64,000 bases of DNA from Lytechinus pictus (taxonomy: Eukaryota), in NCBI RefSeq assembly GCF_037042905.1, contig NC_087247.1:63187097-63251096 (forward strand). Reading direction: 5' to 3'. The notes under the pieces were generated by a model, which was not told where the DNA came from, did not search any database, and saw nothing but the letters and a program-made list of their open reading frames with translations. This document shows, in pieces, positions 52,792-64,000 of this stretch. The position numbers were made by a program, and so were the translations under genes. Positions within the stretch are counted from its first letter, which is position 1. Every line of letters starts with the position of its first letter.

Positions 52792-54010
52792 AATTTAACA
52801 GAAATCGTCCGTAAACGATAAAATACGGAATAAAATTGTAAATTTACGGATTTCTACAGAAAATCCGTAAAAATTACATAATAATCAGGTAAATGATCAA
52901 ATTTACAGACGTTTTCTGTAATTGTACAGAAGATCATTATATTTACGATACATCTTGTAAATTTACTGTAAAGTAGATGTAAGTTTACGGATAAGATTTA
53001 ACAGATTAATTTGTATTACGTGTAAAGTGCAATTTCTACGGAAAAATTTGTAAAATTTACTGAAAAATCAGGTTAATGATACATTTTCTGACGTTGTCCG
53101 TAATTGTAGTGAAGATCATTCTTGAAAGGAGACGTTTAGTGGTTTACGGTACAAATCTTTGTAAATTTACTAGAAAGTAGCTGTAAGTTTACGGACAAGA
53201 TTGAACAGATTAATTTGTAATACGTGTAAAGTGCAATTTCTACGGAAAATTTGTAAAAATTACATAAAAATCAGGTAAATGATCAATTTTACAAACGTTT
53301 TGATCCGTATAATTGTACAGAAGATCATTATTGAAAGGAAACGTTTACAGTACATCTTGTAAATTTACTGTAAAGTAGATGTAAGTTTACGGACAACGTC
53401 AGAAAATTTATCATAAACCTGATTTTTCTGTAAATTTTACAAATTTCCGTAGAAATTCCACTTTACACATATTACAAATAAATCTGTTTATCTTATCCGT
53501 AAACTTGAAAGGAGATATTTAGTGGTTTACTGTACAAATCTTTGTAAATTTACTAGAAAGTAGCTGTAAATTTACGGACAAGATTTAACAGATAAAGTGC
53601 AATTTCTACGGAAACTTTGTAGAATTTACAGAAAAATCAGGTTAATGATAAATTTACTGACGTTGTCCGTAATTGTAGTGAAGATCATTATTGAAAGGAG
53701 ACGTTTACGATACATCTTGTAAATTTACTGTAAAGTAGATGTAAGTTTATGGACAAGATTTAACAGATTAATTTGTAATATGTGTAAAGTGCAATTTCTT
53801 CGGAAAATTTGTAAAATTTACAGAAAAATCAGGTTATAATGGTAAATTTACTGACGTAAGGAGACGTTTACGATACATCTTTGTAAATTTACTGTAAAGT
53901 AGATGTAAGTTTACAGACACGATTTAACAGATTAATTCGTAATATGTGCAAAGTGCGCAATTTCTACGGAAACTTTGTAAAATTTACAGAAAAATCAAGT
54001 TAATGATAAG
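52792..54010. repeat. Satellite array, ~6-7 units of ~185-195 bp (…ctgtaaagtagatgtaagtttacggacaagatttaacagattaatttgtaatacgtgtaaagtgcaatttctacggaaaatttgtaaaatttacagaaaaatcaggttaatgat…), including one internally inverted unit segment (53395-53510)
   Basis: Unit starts at ~52968, 53155, 53360, 53555, 53725 and 53890. The segment 53395-53510 is the reverse complement of the unit core. Confidence 0.85.
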
Positions 54011-54529
54011 TTTTCTTTTTCGAGCATGCGCACTTGAGAAGTTTGTGAAAAGCCCGCGAAGCAAAGAGAATTTTCCTTGATGTCTTGGATGTGTCAAGTG
54101 ATCTTCTTGATCAGAAATTCGTAAGTATTTTGCTTTGAATTCGTAAAAGAAATTTCTGCTGTGCTTCTCTGGAATATATTGATACGTTTTATACAGTTAT
54201 ATGAAATTAATAGTGTTGGTTTTCATGATTACGAACAAGGTTTTGGCATTGACAAGTCCAGACGATGCAATGTATCGTCGCGTACGCGCTGCTACAGTCC
54301 CATTGGTGCATTTGAGTGTTGGATATTTTGACACTGTGGTTGAACGAATTGAATCGAAGGTGCGAAGCCGTGGGCCAAGCTTGTTTTATGAGCTTCACAA
54401 GGATATTTATATTATGATGCCATTTATATATTCATTTGTATCTTCATTTGTAAATGTCAAGATGAAAATATAAACCTCAAAATATTAAATTTGTGCAATT
54501 AAACTTATTTAAAGGGGTGGATTAGATTA

Positions 54530-56290
54530 GATCTAAATCAAATCAATGACAATGTCAATGGGTGATTTCAAGTACGGTGTTGAAATCTGGTGTTGGTGTT
54601 GTGACAACACCGTACTTGAAATCAGGCTGGTGTTGGGATTGACCTCGGAAAATACGACGTATTTCCGGCAGTTCGTGTTGAATGTCGTCTGCTGAACCCA
54701 GCACTGCGGCTGGTGTTGACGATCTACGTGCAATTTCCCCATTCACCAACACCAACCCCCAGGGATTGGGAAAATCATGGTTTCAAGTTCGGTGTTGGTG
54801 TTGGCAATCTCAAGCTCGTGAACAGGCGGCAAACACGATGAAACATCCCCGTAAAATTAGCTTTTACAGTTAAGATGAGCTAGTACTAGTAGTAGAACAA
54901 ATCATTTGAGCTGTAGGGGCCTGGCTATATATTTTGATAAAGAATAATGTTCACTCTTTCGAATTCTTGAATTAATTAAAACATTGGTAGAATGGGGGGG
55001 TTGGGTGTCCGGACACGTAATAGAAATGAAGCCTTGTTTTTATCTCAGGAATAAACCAAAAATATAGGTTGAATAGTTTTTTTTCACCATCAATATTTGT
55101 TCTTTATAATATTTTCTTATATTCTGTGCTAAAAAGAATTAAAGACATTGCTTGTAAACTTTTCAAAATTGAGAGTAAAAGTCATGTGTCCGGACACCCA
55201 ACCCGTCCGGACACACAACCACTGGGTATACATGTATTCTGTACGATGAGAATTTAATGCATTTCTTTCCGATTTCATTTTCGTCGTCGAGACTTCTCGC
55301 GTGAAGTTGAGATGATTTAGCAGCGCAGCGCAGAGGCGTGATGTCATGTGCTATCGATAACGCAATTGGTATCATTCCTCTGAACCCAGTCCCAGCTCGG
55401 TGTTGGAGCTCGGTTCAGCGGCCTTTTTACGCTCTCAACACCAACACCGAACTTGAAATCACCCAATGTCAACTACAGTTAGTTAGATCTAGTATACCTC
55501 GAGCGAAGTTCGTGCAGGCTCCACTTCACTTCACTACCGCTACACTACACTCCACCTACCCAAACTTCGGGACGGTGATCTCGATCGGATATTCCGAGTG
55601 ACAAAGGTGGGGTGGCCGATGGAAATGTTATTTATTGTAAAAATCATAACAAAAAATATAAAGAGAAAGAAAAATGGCTTAATTTCTTACTCTTCACCCG
55701 TATTTCACTCCGTGTCCATCCTCTGGTTATCCTCTAAATTGTTGATTTTGAGCCAGTATCTATTTCCTCACACGTCACTATTCATGGCCGATTTAAAAAC
55801 ATCGCATGCGATCGGTCGCAGGTCAAACAGCATAAATATTTATATTATTATTGGATGGTTCAGAAAATACCAAAAATATTCTACGAGTATAGGAAAATGT
55901 TTTTTTTCCTCATTTTATTTTTTTCTATATTTTTTACAATAAATAACATTTCCATCCCACCTTTGTCACTAGCGGTAGTGAAGTGGAGTGGAGCCTGCAC
56001 GAACTTCGCTCGAGGTAGATCTAGTAATGACTTAGTGCTGGCTAGCGACCGACAGGTTTCCATTCTCAGCCATTCACTGATAATTCAGTTAAGACAGTGT
56101 GTTCCATGTGTGTATGTGTGATGCGAAGCTACCTCAGCTCAAGCGATGTAGACGACCTTGTTGGAGCGTACAGTGTAGCGGTAGTGAAGTGGAGTGGAGC
56201 CTGCACGAACATCGCTTTAGGTAATGCGAAGCGTGCTGTACATGTGTCCTCTGGACGTGTGGGCATGGGTTTAGTGACAGTGTGCATGTG
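54530..56290. repeat. Composite of inverted-repeat/foldback modules. Paired arms gtgtccggacac… at 55000-55025 vs 55181-55215. ~100-bp inverted arms at 55490-55640 vs 55915-56010 enclose 55640-55915, with a further direct copy of the arm at 56160-56215. Also (ggtgttg)n-like caccaacacc motifs at 54580-54800 and 55390-55450.
   Basis: The reverse-complement arm pairs were read directly (ctcgagcgaagttcgtgcaggctccacttcacttcactaccgct…gtgacaaaggtggg vs cccacctttgtcactagcggtagtgaagtggagtggagcctgcacgaacttcgctcgag). ORFs 55338-55601, 55598-55942, 55855-56121 and 55881-56063 are mirror artefacts of these arms. Confidence 0.65.
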
Positions 56291-57456
56291 ATTGTGAAGG
56301 GTTGAAGCCCGGGTTGAAGTTTCTTACAGCTCTGTGGGTTTATCTATAATTAAATGATTCTCTTTTCAAGCTTAAATTTTTATAATGATGATTGCTACAT
56401 TCCAATTATTTGATTAAATTGTTTGTTTTAGAACAGGTCTTTTATTTTGTCCTCAGTCTATTTCTCCCATTACATATCAATTAAAGAGAGTCTTCACTTG
56501 TGTTTCATTAAATTATTATACAATGTCCACTGTAATGAAAATGGAAACATGCCGGTCAAATGAAAGTGCAATATAAGTGGAAACATGCTGGTCTATTGAC
56601 TATATGTTGACCATATAGTAGAAAGCAAAATTTGTTCTCAGCTGTAATTATTCTTCTATGGGAACTTGCTTCTCATAGATCAAATAAAATTTCCGAAGAC
56701 CCCATATAATTTTGTACTATTTGGTGCATTTAAAGAGGAGAAAGAAATGCTTTTTTTTTTCAATTTGCCTAAATTGCATTTAAAAATATACCTTTCTTTT
56801 GCTTTCGGCACAGGCCAATTTTTAGAGGCTGAAATATTAAAGAGTTGATTACTTAAATTTCGTTCTAAAATCTTTTTCATATCACTTGCAAATAGAGAAA
56901 ATATAGCGCCCCCCCAAAAAAAAACTTTAATTTTTAAAGGCATCTCGCACAAATGATTACAATGTTTTTGTTTTATTTATCATTCACTATGAGATCTGTA
57001 TAAAGTGATAAACCAATGAATTATTTTTATATGTATATGTTTCCAATTATTTGCCTACCGGTATTTATTAAAAAATAATGTTTGTGTTGTTATTTGACAA
57101 TTGTTTCACAGAATTACGTCGTCGGTTGACATCTACCTATACCCATGGATTATCTCCATCACCTTCACAACCTTGAATTGCTAAGAGAGGTATGATTGAT
57201 AAATTTGGTTTACATTGTTTTAATTTGTTTAAAAGTATTATTGAAATGATTTGATGAGATAACAAAAATGAAAACTTGAAATAACATTTTGAATGTAATT
57301 TTTGTTAATCTTGGGAAGACAATTAAGATTGCAGTTATTATGTTGGTAGATGTGTAATCAAATCTACATGCACATGTTCACTGTTTGGAACGTTTATAAA
57401 GATCACAAAATAAAAGAATTAAAAATAATATTCAACTCTTCTGCATACATGTACAG

Positions 57457-57673
57457 CTACCTTTGCCAAGACCACGTCGTGGGCTACGGGATGCTAGAAA
57501 TCCATCGGAATCGTACGAGGATGGGCCATTTCAAGATCGGTATCGACTGTCAAAAGAAACCGTCATTTACATCATCAACATGCTGGAAGCCGAATTGAAG
57601 AGGGACACACAGAGGAATGATCCACTTCCCGTTTATTTGCAGGTGTTGACGGCTCTCCGTTTTCATGCAGTGG
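57457..57673 (+). CDS. PIF/Harbinger transposase-derived gene (HARBI1-like), exon 1: LPLPRPRRGLRDARNPSESYEDGPFQDRYRLSKETVIYIINMLEAELKRDTQRNDPLPVYLQVLTALRFHAV(G)
   Basis: Matches the Harbinger/HARBI1 N-terminal pattern R.R.FRDR.NPL....D.E...RYRF....I..L...L...L...T.R...L.....Q+L.ALRFYATG. Acceptor gtacag, donor G|gtgagt. The frame is open upstream only to 57400, without an ATG; the ORF track's M at 57463 is a TTG, so the start codon is not resolved. Confidence 0.7.
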
Positions 57674-58193
57674 GTGAGTAATTGAATTAAATGATTATTG
57701 AATGTTTCTGGGCACTGTTAAATCTATTTGACTGAGGTTGTTTCTATTAATTTTAGGACTCCAGACAAAGTTGATGATGATGACAATATCTAGAAATCAG
57801 AGAGGGATCACATAAGTAAGAGTATCATTTAAGCAAACAGTCAAGTACCTATGAATTGCATGCTTAAAAATTCCAAAACTACCACAGCAGGAGTGAAGCT
57901 CTGCTGTTTCTGCTGTTAGAACTGTTATGTCAGGTTAGAGTTATAAATTCGTCATTAACCCTAAATTGGCAGATCACCCCCACCCCCCCCCCCCGAAACT
58001 TGGCTGTGTTGCGATGAAAAGCTATGAAATTTGGCACATAGATAACAACTCGAGATGAACATACACACAAAAAACTAGAGCTGCAATCGTATCAGAACAA
58101 TGTGCATGCATTGACGCCTGTGATTTTATGGAGGGCAAGAAACAGAAGGAGATAAAGAGAAAACTCCTGAGGATATACATTTTCAAAATATTA

Positions 58194-58790
58194 AGAGGGC
58201 GCTATTTTTATAGGCAATGGTCACTGATGCGTAAAAAAAACATTTTGCATATGAGGGATGATGCCATTAGCAAACCCTAAAAAAGTGATACCAAGATAAA
58301 TGGAAACAAGGAAGTGATGGCCATTTTACTGTTTTCCAACTTTTTAATAGAGAGCGCTATTTCTTAAAGGTAATGGTCACTGATGTGCGTAAAAAAACAT
58401 GGATTATGAGGGATGATGCCATAAGCATACCCTGAAAATATGAGACCGAAATAAATGAAAACTAGGAACTTATCGTCATGGCCATTATAATATTTCTTTA
58501 TTTTTGAAGATAATGGTCATTGATGTGTGAAATGAAAAAAAAAACAATTGAATTTGGACTATCATAAGTCAACCCTGAAAATATGAAACTGAAATAAATG
58601 AAAACAAGTAAGTGATGGCCATTTTACTATTTTTCCACTTTGCAATAGAGGGCGCTATTTCTAAAGGTAATGGTCACTGATGCGTAAAAACAGATGAATA
58701 AGGAAGCATGTTCCCAAATCAGACCAAAATGAATAAAAACAAGGAAGTTACGGCCATTTTATGATTTTCCTACTTTACATTTCAATAAAT
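58194..58790 (+). repeat. Tandem array, ~4 x ~150 bp (agagggcgctatttt..aggtaatggtcactgatg.gtaaaaa...gagggatgatgccat.agca.accctgaaaa..tga.accaa.ataaatgaaaacaaggaagtgatggccattttact), inside the HARBI1-like gene intron
   Basis: Units start at ~58194, 58350, 58497 and 58648. Confidence 0.85.
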
Positions 58791-59439
58791 ATTAATTTTT
58801 TTAATGTAGACTATTTCGGATTTGAATTAAGGGCATGAAGACGGCATTTTCAAGGGCAAGTCATATTTTCATATGAAGAGCAACTCTTAAACAATCTACA
58901 GCAATTTGTTAGAAGTGTGTAGCATGCAGGATAAGAGAGTAAGGATGGGATTAGGAATAGTATGCAAATGGACTAGAAATTTACAAAATGGCGCCTGGAT
59001 GGTCATGCATTGCCCCTGTCCGTCCGCCCCCCCCCCCCCACTTGGTTTCCGCGCAATAAGTAAAAAAATATGTAATGGATAAAAAAAATTTGGTGTGTAG
59101 GTATAGGACACCAAAATACAGGCTCAGTTCGAATTCGGAGTCCGCAGGTCAAAGGTCACAGCTCATTAGATATGCGAGTTGGTTTCCACATGATTATCAT
59201 AAGTTCCAAATGAATATTTAGAAATGTTTTTTTATTTGAATTATAATCATGTGAATGATCACACATAGACATCTACTATGTATGGGAAATACCATGTATG
59301 TTGCGCGCCATGTTATATAGTGGTACACTTTGGGGGTACTGACCAATTTTTTTGAACTTTTATCAATAGATCTGCAAAAACATCAAGGTAAAAAGTCAAA
59401 AGCACGGGGCAGAAAATAAACATTATTCAATAGCTGTTT

Positions 59440-59520
59440 TTGAAGTCAGTACTGCTGCTATATCGAATCGCGTATGATGGAGACACTGCAAGAGGCCTTC
59501 CACTTGTTAAAATGAATTGC
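59440..59520 (+). repeat. Third (tail-only) copy of the 28350/32336 element family: …cagtactgctgctatatcgaatcgcgtatgatggagacactgcaagaggccttccacttgttaaaatg
   Basis: Shares the tail consensus agcactgctgctatatt.aatcg…atgcaggcgagactgc.agaggcg.tccacttgttgaaaat with the other two copies. Confidence 0.6.
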
Positions 59521-59677
59521 AGAAAATTGTCTGATATTTGTAAAAGATGAATATTCTTATGAAATATGTGCTTAATTTTTTTTATCATCAGAAGTATCAT
59601 CTGTATGTGTAATGAAATGTTTTAAAATTACCTCGAAACAATGACCTATCAACCATATGGTTTGTTTGATTTTACAG

Positions 59678-59964
59678 GATCATTTCAAAAGATGCATGGT
59701 GATGAGGCAGCAATATCACAGTCATCAATGTGTCGAATCATCAAAGATGTGTCAGAAGCTATAGCAAGAAGGAAAAGGCAATACATGAAGTTTCCTTCGA
59801 CAAGAGAAGAAGTTGAAGCAACTCAGCGACAGTTCTTCCAGTACTGCAGATTTCCAGGAGTGATAGGTGCAATTGATGGGACACATGTCTACATCAGGAG
59901 CCCTGGTGGGGATCAGGCAATATACTTCCTCAACAGGAAGAATAGATACTCGATCAATGTTCAG
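59678..59964 (+). CDS. HARBI1-like exon 2: (G)SFQKMHGDEAAISQSSMCRIIKDVSEAIARRKRQYMKFPSTREEVEATQRQFFQYCRFPGVIGAIDGTHVYIRSPGGDQAIYFLNRKNRYSINVQ
   Basis: Matches Harbinger DDE-domain block 1: GSFQ...GD..GISQ.S.SR.I..V..AL.......I.FP........K..F......P.V.GAIDGTHI.I..P......Y.NRK...S.NVQ. The first catalytic D is in AIDGTH. Acceptor ttttacag, donor gttaga. 287 bp (2+285). Confidence 0.8.
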
Positions 59965-60546
59965 GTTAGATTAATTATACCCTTTCTTAGGCCCTTTTCA
60001 CAATTAGTGCTGAGACTGCTTGCAACCTTTGTGATTGTGTGCGACATATATTGTGATCAAATGATTGCAATTGCTAATACAAGCAAATGTGAAAGCCACT
60101 TAAATTACTATAACTAGAACAATGTACTATTTTGTATAAAGTTTGGCAAAAAAAAAGAATGTGACATTAATTTTCTTTCCTAGGATTTCCTATCACTTCA
60201 GTTTCATTTATAGTAATTATTCGATTCGTATTTGATTGGGCAATTTTTAAAATGAGTAGTTAATTCTGTAGCATATATATATTTTTTTTGTGCAAGTACT
60301 GAGCAATTGAAGCAGTGGAAGGGTGGGGTGATTGTTGGATAAATCAACCTAACATGGAAAGCACACCAATAATTTTTATGTGCATGCATGTTAAAATTGC
60401 ATTCCAAATATGTGATAAACTTGCAAAACTCAATTGTTGTGTGCTCCCATTGGATGTCCCAAAGAAAATTGAAAATTAAGTGCCCAGAACAATATAGAGA
60501 CAGTTATGAATGTAAGATTTGATATTCCTCTTTTGTCTTCTGCTAG

Positions 60547-60621
60547 GTTGTTTGTGATCAGGCTGGGAAAATAACAAGCATCGTTGCCAGATGGCCTGGC
60601 AGCACACCTAACTCCGCAACC
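60547..60621 (+). CDS. HARBI1-like exon 3: VVCDQAGKITSIVARWPGSTPNSAT
   Basis: Matches L/VVCD..G.......WPGS.HD..V. The conserved second catalytic Asp (WPGSxxD) is Asn here (aac). Acceptor tctgctag, donor gtaagt. No convincing downstream exons were found before the LINE fragment at 60640. Confidence 0.7.
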
Positions 60622-60639
60622 GTAAGTCACTTTTCAACC

Positions 60640-61450
60640 AAACTTGGATGGTAGATGTACTTAGGCGACCTGCATATTATGCTGCAGTCGGAGGTCACAT
60701 GGTAAGGTCAAAGTGTTCAAAGTTTTTGTAGAAATGTACCAAACCCGACGGTGCTCTCACTCCATGATGTGTCACTGCATCGTAGCAATCCAGTCGGATT
60801 TGAAATGGTCTACACATGTTGAATATATGGTCAAGAGCGCAAATAGTTGTTTATATGTTCTTCGCACTTTGAAATATCATAGTCTGTAATTTCAGGACCT
60901 TATAGTTGTATATACTAGTTTCGTGAGACCAGTTGTTGAATATGCTGTACCTGTATGGTCAGGAGCACTAACAAAACAACAAGTACAAGTCATCGAACGT
61001 ATTCAGAAACGTGCCCTTAGAATCATTTTTGGAGCAGCATATTCTTCATATGAGCATGCTTTACTCCAGTCAGAACTGATGTCTCTTGAAGAAAGATGGA
61101 TCAAACTCTTTGTCTTGCGTTTGCGAAGTCTATGCAAATCCCCACGTCTAAACTGTATCACCTTCTACCTCAAAATAGGACTTGTCAATATCAGACTAGA
61201 AGCTTGGCCGGAACAGTAGAGATGCGATGTCGAACTTCACGATATAGAAATAGCCCCTTGCCCTCGTTGATTCGGCACCTTAAAGAGAAATTCCAGTAGT
61301 TGCAGTAAACACTGATTTCATGAGAAAGTCTGTAAAACAAGGCTTAATTGTCAGTATATCATCGAGGATCTAGATCTGGTACAGTTACATAAACTGAACT
61401 TTGTGAAATCTTGAAATCTACGCTGAAAAATGTTCAGGCTGAAGATCCCC
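60640..61450 (+). mobile_element. CR1/L2-like LINE, 3-prime ORF2 tail fragment (…KWSTHVEYMVKSANSCLYVLRTLKYH…FVRPVVEYAVPVWSGALTKQQVQVIERIQKRALRIIFG…)
   Basis: The R-P-.-LEY...VW.......I..+E+VQ+RA.R.I motif characteristic of the CR1-clade ORF2 C-terminus is present. The copy is frameshifted and fragmentary. Confidence 0.7.
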
Positions 61451-63169
61451 AACACAGATAAGCACACGTGGGACAGTGTATAATTATTGCTTCGAATATC
61501 GGGCCCGACGCTCTACCCGAATCCTGTGCTTATTTGCTGATTTCTCAGCAATTACACAATTTCTTCCAGAATCCTTTGGCACATATGTTTTATTTATACA
61601 AACAGACACTTTGGTGGTCATTTCATTGGATTCTGTACGAACTCATTTTGATATCGTTACCAAAACTAGCATTTACCTTTAACTCTAAAAGAATTGATTA
61701 CAAGGAGTAGTTTTTTTTTTATATATCTTCCCCTATCGTTACATGTATAACAATATCAAACTACGAATGGCTGAGAATTAAAGAACTCATCATTCATTGG
61801 ACTCTTAAAATGTGATATCATTAAGAGATTGTTTTTTATAAAATGCAGATTACATACTAATTCTAATGTTGAGTTCTCTTTATGTTGGCGAACTCAAGTT
61901 TCATTTCATTTCATTTTACTTTGTTAATCAAAATATTTTTCTTTCATATGAGCAATTATTCACTGATATCTAGTCGTAAACTTAATATTTGAATTGAAGT
62001 CATAAAAATTGCCAAAATATGTATTATTGCAGCATATTAGATTATCGTTTTTTCCCAAAGTAATGTAATTCAGAATTTAATATGTAAATGTGTTTATTAA
62101 TTTCTCTTTGTATATATGTTTAATCGTTTTATGATTTCTGTATACAGTGAATACTGAATCATTTATTTTAATTATTATTTATTTATTTTTATTTGTTTAT
62201 TTTTTATTCATTTTATATATATTGTTTATTTCTTAATTTTATCTTATTTTTTATTCATAAAATTTACTTATAAAAGGGGGCCTTCACCCTACAAGCACTG
62301 CTTTTTAGTTGGTCTCCTTCCCTTTAGATTTCATGGTATTATTGTATTATAAAAAAATGATTTAAATGTTATATTTTGTTATAATGTATATTGAACTATC
62401 ATTGTAAATGTAAAAAGATTGAAAGAGAAAATAAATGAATTGAATTGAATTGAATTGCTTCTTCGCCCTTTTCTCTCTGTTTCCCTTCCACCATCAATTT
62501 CTTCTCTTCTCTCTCTCTCTCTCTGCCTCTCTTCTCTCTTCCACTATTTCTATTCCTTTCTGCTTTCCAATTCATTTCCTCTATCCACTCATATTTACAT
62601 GTATTTTGAATATTTTTCAAATTTTTTTATTGATCAGTGAGAATCAATTTAAATTTATTTATGATATACTTTGTTACATATGTCTACATTGAAATTTGTT
62701 CGTAGTACTATAAGTTTTTTTACCTTGTTATTGATGATTTTGTTTGAAATGTAAATTTTCGCAATTCGGCTTTTGCCGCAAAGAAAGGATTTTTAATAAA
62801 CCATTTTGAATTGAATTGAATTTACAGGTCAACATTAAAGTTTATGTGCAAGGCTCTTATGACAAGTGTTATTCCATCCCAGTCATTTCACAATGAAGTT
62901 TCAATACAATTATGTTGTGTGCCCTCGCAAATCACGATATTTCTGGTTATTTTCATGAGTGGGCGAGACACAATCACTGTTGCCATGTTTTATTCTAGAA
63001 ATAGTAAGCTTAGTATGAAAAAAATTATTGAAAAAAGCTGGCCCGATTTGTCCAGGTCAGAAAAGGGCAACACAATTTTTGTTCAGGCCTTAAGTGAATG
63101 CATTCATACAATCTACCATGTGTTTGGGAGTACATGTTTAAATAGCAAATCAGCGTTCCTATTGTAAGG

Positions 63170-63960
63170 TATCTACTGATTAAAAAATATCTGTAAAAAA
63201 TTTAAGAATTCTGTAAACTTGTTTTTTTACGGAAATGTGTAAATTTACATGGGAATTTTGTAAAAGTACGGTAATTTTACGGAAAAGGAATCCGTAAAAT
63301 TACGGATTAAAAAAAAAATTCCGGCAGCAAAATTTCCGGACAAATTTTTTTTTTCCGTTAATTATTTATACGGAATCATGTTAATTCACGTAAATTTTCT
63401 GTAAAATTTCCGTAAATAATATCCATATTTTACATGGGAATTTGTAAAAGTACGGTAATTTTACGGAAAAGGAATCCGTAAAATTACGGACAAAAAAAAA
63501 AAATTCCGGCAGCAAAATTTCCGGACAAATTTTTTTTTTCCGTTAATTATTTATACGGAATCATGTTAATTCACGTAAATTTTCTGTAAAATTTCCGTAC
63601 ATAAAATCCGTATTTTACATGGGAATTTTGTAAAAGTACGGTAATTTTACGGAAAAGGAATCCGTAAAATTACGGACAAAAAAAAAAAATTCCGGCAGCA
63701 AAATTTCCGGACAAATTTTTTTTTTCCGTTAATTATTTATACGGAATCATGTTAATTTATGTAAATTTTCTGTAAAGTTTCCGTAAATAAAGTCCGTATT
63801 TTCAAGAATTGTAATTTACGGAATCTCGTATATTTTACAGAACTTTTCCATAAATTACCACTTTCTGTAAATTTACGGAAAAAAAAAAAAAGTCCGGAAA
63901 TTCTGCTGCCGGACTTTTTCCGTTAAAAAACGGAAATTTTTCTAACAGTGTTGGAGAGGG
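63170..63960. repeat. Satellite array, ~4 units of ~180 bp (…tacatgggaattttgtaaaagtacggtaattttacggaaaaggaatccgtaaaattacggacaaaaaaaaaaaattccggcagcaaaatttccggacaaattttttttttccgttaattatttatacggaatcatgttaattcacgtaaattttctgtaaaatttccgtaaat…)
   Basis: Unit anchors acatgggaatttt at ~63256, 63433 and 63616. It shares tacgga/ccgtaa and ttctgtaaaatttac motifs, in inverted orientation, with the 52792-54010 satellite. Confidence 0.85.
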
Positions 63961-64000
63961 GTTGTTTGGTTTCACCAATATAATTAGCGCTGCAACCTGT

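Noticed and set aside
57463-57681. The ORF-track M at 57463 as the start codon of the HARBI1-like gene
   Set aside because: The codon at 57463 is TTG, so the track evidently allows alternative starts. The true start is probably in an upstream exon or is absent.
62844-63167. 107-aa ORF containing …IQLCCVPSQ…, considered as the Harbinger C-terminal ACCVLHN block
   Set aside because: There is no supporting DDE block 3 (no D/E-containing LLGDSGYPL-like motif) and no fitting splice phase. The similarity is limited to a CC dipeptide.

Overview
The window reads as AT-rich, repeat-dense metazoan nuclear DNA, apparently invertebrate and possibly a non-vertebrate deuterostome. It has spliced genes with GT-AG introns, microsatellites, satellites, SINE, LINE and MITE insertions, and many long homopolymer G/C runs. 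It is not prokaryotic.

The main content is a multi-exon plus-strand gene for a pyridoxal-dependent group II decarboxylase. Its sequence is clearly the histidine decarboxylase (HDC) type rather than DDC. I placed 11 coding exons by conserved peptide blocks and exact splice phases between 14.75 and 46.35 kb. A roughly 22 kb intron (18.7-40.7 kb) is packed with transposable-element debris. One expected small exon (orthologous to human ~KMLGLP...GGGVLQ) was not located. A further phase-compatible, poly(A)-signal-backed candidate 3-prime coding exon encoding an acidic tail lies at 47.2-47.9 kb.

Downstream on the minus strand there is the 3-prime part of a gene encoding a C-type-lectin-domain type I transmembrane protein (three phase-consistent exons). 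On the plus strand at 57.4-60.6 kb there is an intron-containing PIF/Harbinger (HARBI1-like) transposase-derived gene. It has a D->N change at a catalytic position and is followed by a CR1-like LINE fragment.

Other content:
- Two arrays of a ~120-bp satellite with a GC-rich core (tgcgagcgcgaagcgcgagc), plus scattered single units in both orientations.
- A tRNA-derived SINE.
- A degenerate LINE RT (YADD->YADA).
- A Penelope-like GIY-YIG fragment.
- Several TIR/foldback MITEs.
- A TIR element family carrying internal ~165-bp tandem arrays.
- Two related ~180-190-bp tacgga-rich satellites.

Nothing here looks like a prokaryotic defence or other operon-type system. The interesting points are eukaryotic gene-structure and mobile-element observations.
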